55,415 nucleotides of DNA, from the NCBI GenBank assembly GCA_030167865.1, contig JALAGF010004817.1:62001-117415 (forward strand), written 5' to 3'. The translations under genes were made by a program, and so were the position numbers. Under the pieces are notes generated by a model that was not told the DNA's origin, ran no database searches, and was given only the letters and a program-made list of their open reading frames with translations. This stretch comes from Craspedostauros australis (lineage: Eukaryota). Within the stretch, counting starts at the first letter, position 1. The number at the start of each line of letters is the position of its first letter. Shown here piece after piece: positions 55,142 through 55,415 of the stretch.

Positions 55142-55415
55142 TTACTCAGTCTCTGTGGTTTCGCCCTCCTTGGTGTCGGGGTTCTCCGGTGGTGCGTCGA
55201 CCTGCTCGGTCTTGGGGCTCACCGGCGGCCAGTAGTACTCCTCCTCCTCGTCGTCGTCCGACTCGCAGTCAATCTTAATCAACTCAGCAACACGAATCCT
55301 GCGAATGACTGTGGCGCAACGCTGAGTGCTCGCGCTGGAGACAACAGCGGAAGGCACCACGACGGGGTCAGGAATATCAGCGCGACGAGCACGTCTGCGA
55401 GCAGCAGCGCGGCGG
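55142..55415 (-). CDS. 3' end of a gene entering from beyond the right edge (Arg-rich then acidic tail)
   Basis: Frame is open from 55414 (RRAAARRRARRADIPDPVV...) to TAA at 55142. Confidence 0.55.
   Translation of the reverse strand, partial: RRAAARRRARRADIPDPVVVPSAVVSSASTQRCATVIRRIRVAELIKIDCESDDDEEEEYYWPPVSPKTEQVDAPPENPDTKEGETTETE

Noticed and set aside
1-55415. tRNA, rRNA or transposon (gag/pol/transposase) genes
   Set aside because: No cloverleaf, rRNA signature, LTR/TIR pair or RT/integrase/transposase motif was seen by eye.

Overview
Eukaryotic nuclear DNA from a diatom, most likely a pennate species. Evidence: an Lhcx (LI818/LHCSR-type) antenna gene, bipartite 'ASAF' plastid presequences and GT-AG introns. 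About 19 protein-coding loci are supported: organellar oligopeptidase A (M3, runs off the left edge), a C2-TerD-TerD protein, a giant DnaJ protein, a plastid DUF1415 protein, an MDR oxidoreductase, a CRAL-TRIO protein, a membrane protein with an HNH-like Zn motif, a disrupted AIF/FSP1-like flavoprotein, Lhcx, a YbaK-ankyrin-DEDDy exonuclease-SRA/DUF3427-like multidomain protein, an HA-domain protein, an AMT ammonium transporter, a putative glycosyltransferase-like protein and several hypotheticals. Best findings: (1) the oligopeptidase has two alternative first exons, one plastid-type and one mitochondrial-type, splicing in the same phase to one acceptor, plus a third in-frame ATG; (2) an unnamed ~170-aa internally duplicated domain with a WH2-like 'VKNLWGVxLKKR' core is shared by two otherwise unrelated genes about 13 kb apart; (3) the four-domain organelle-targeted nuclease architecture; (4) an Rhs-toxin-like HNH domain on a membrane protein; (5) Lhcx carries Phe at the qE-linked Trp133 position. 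All family calls are by motif recognition only; no searches were run.
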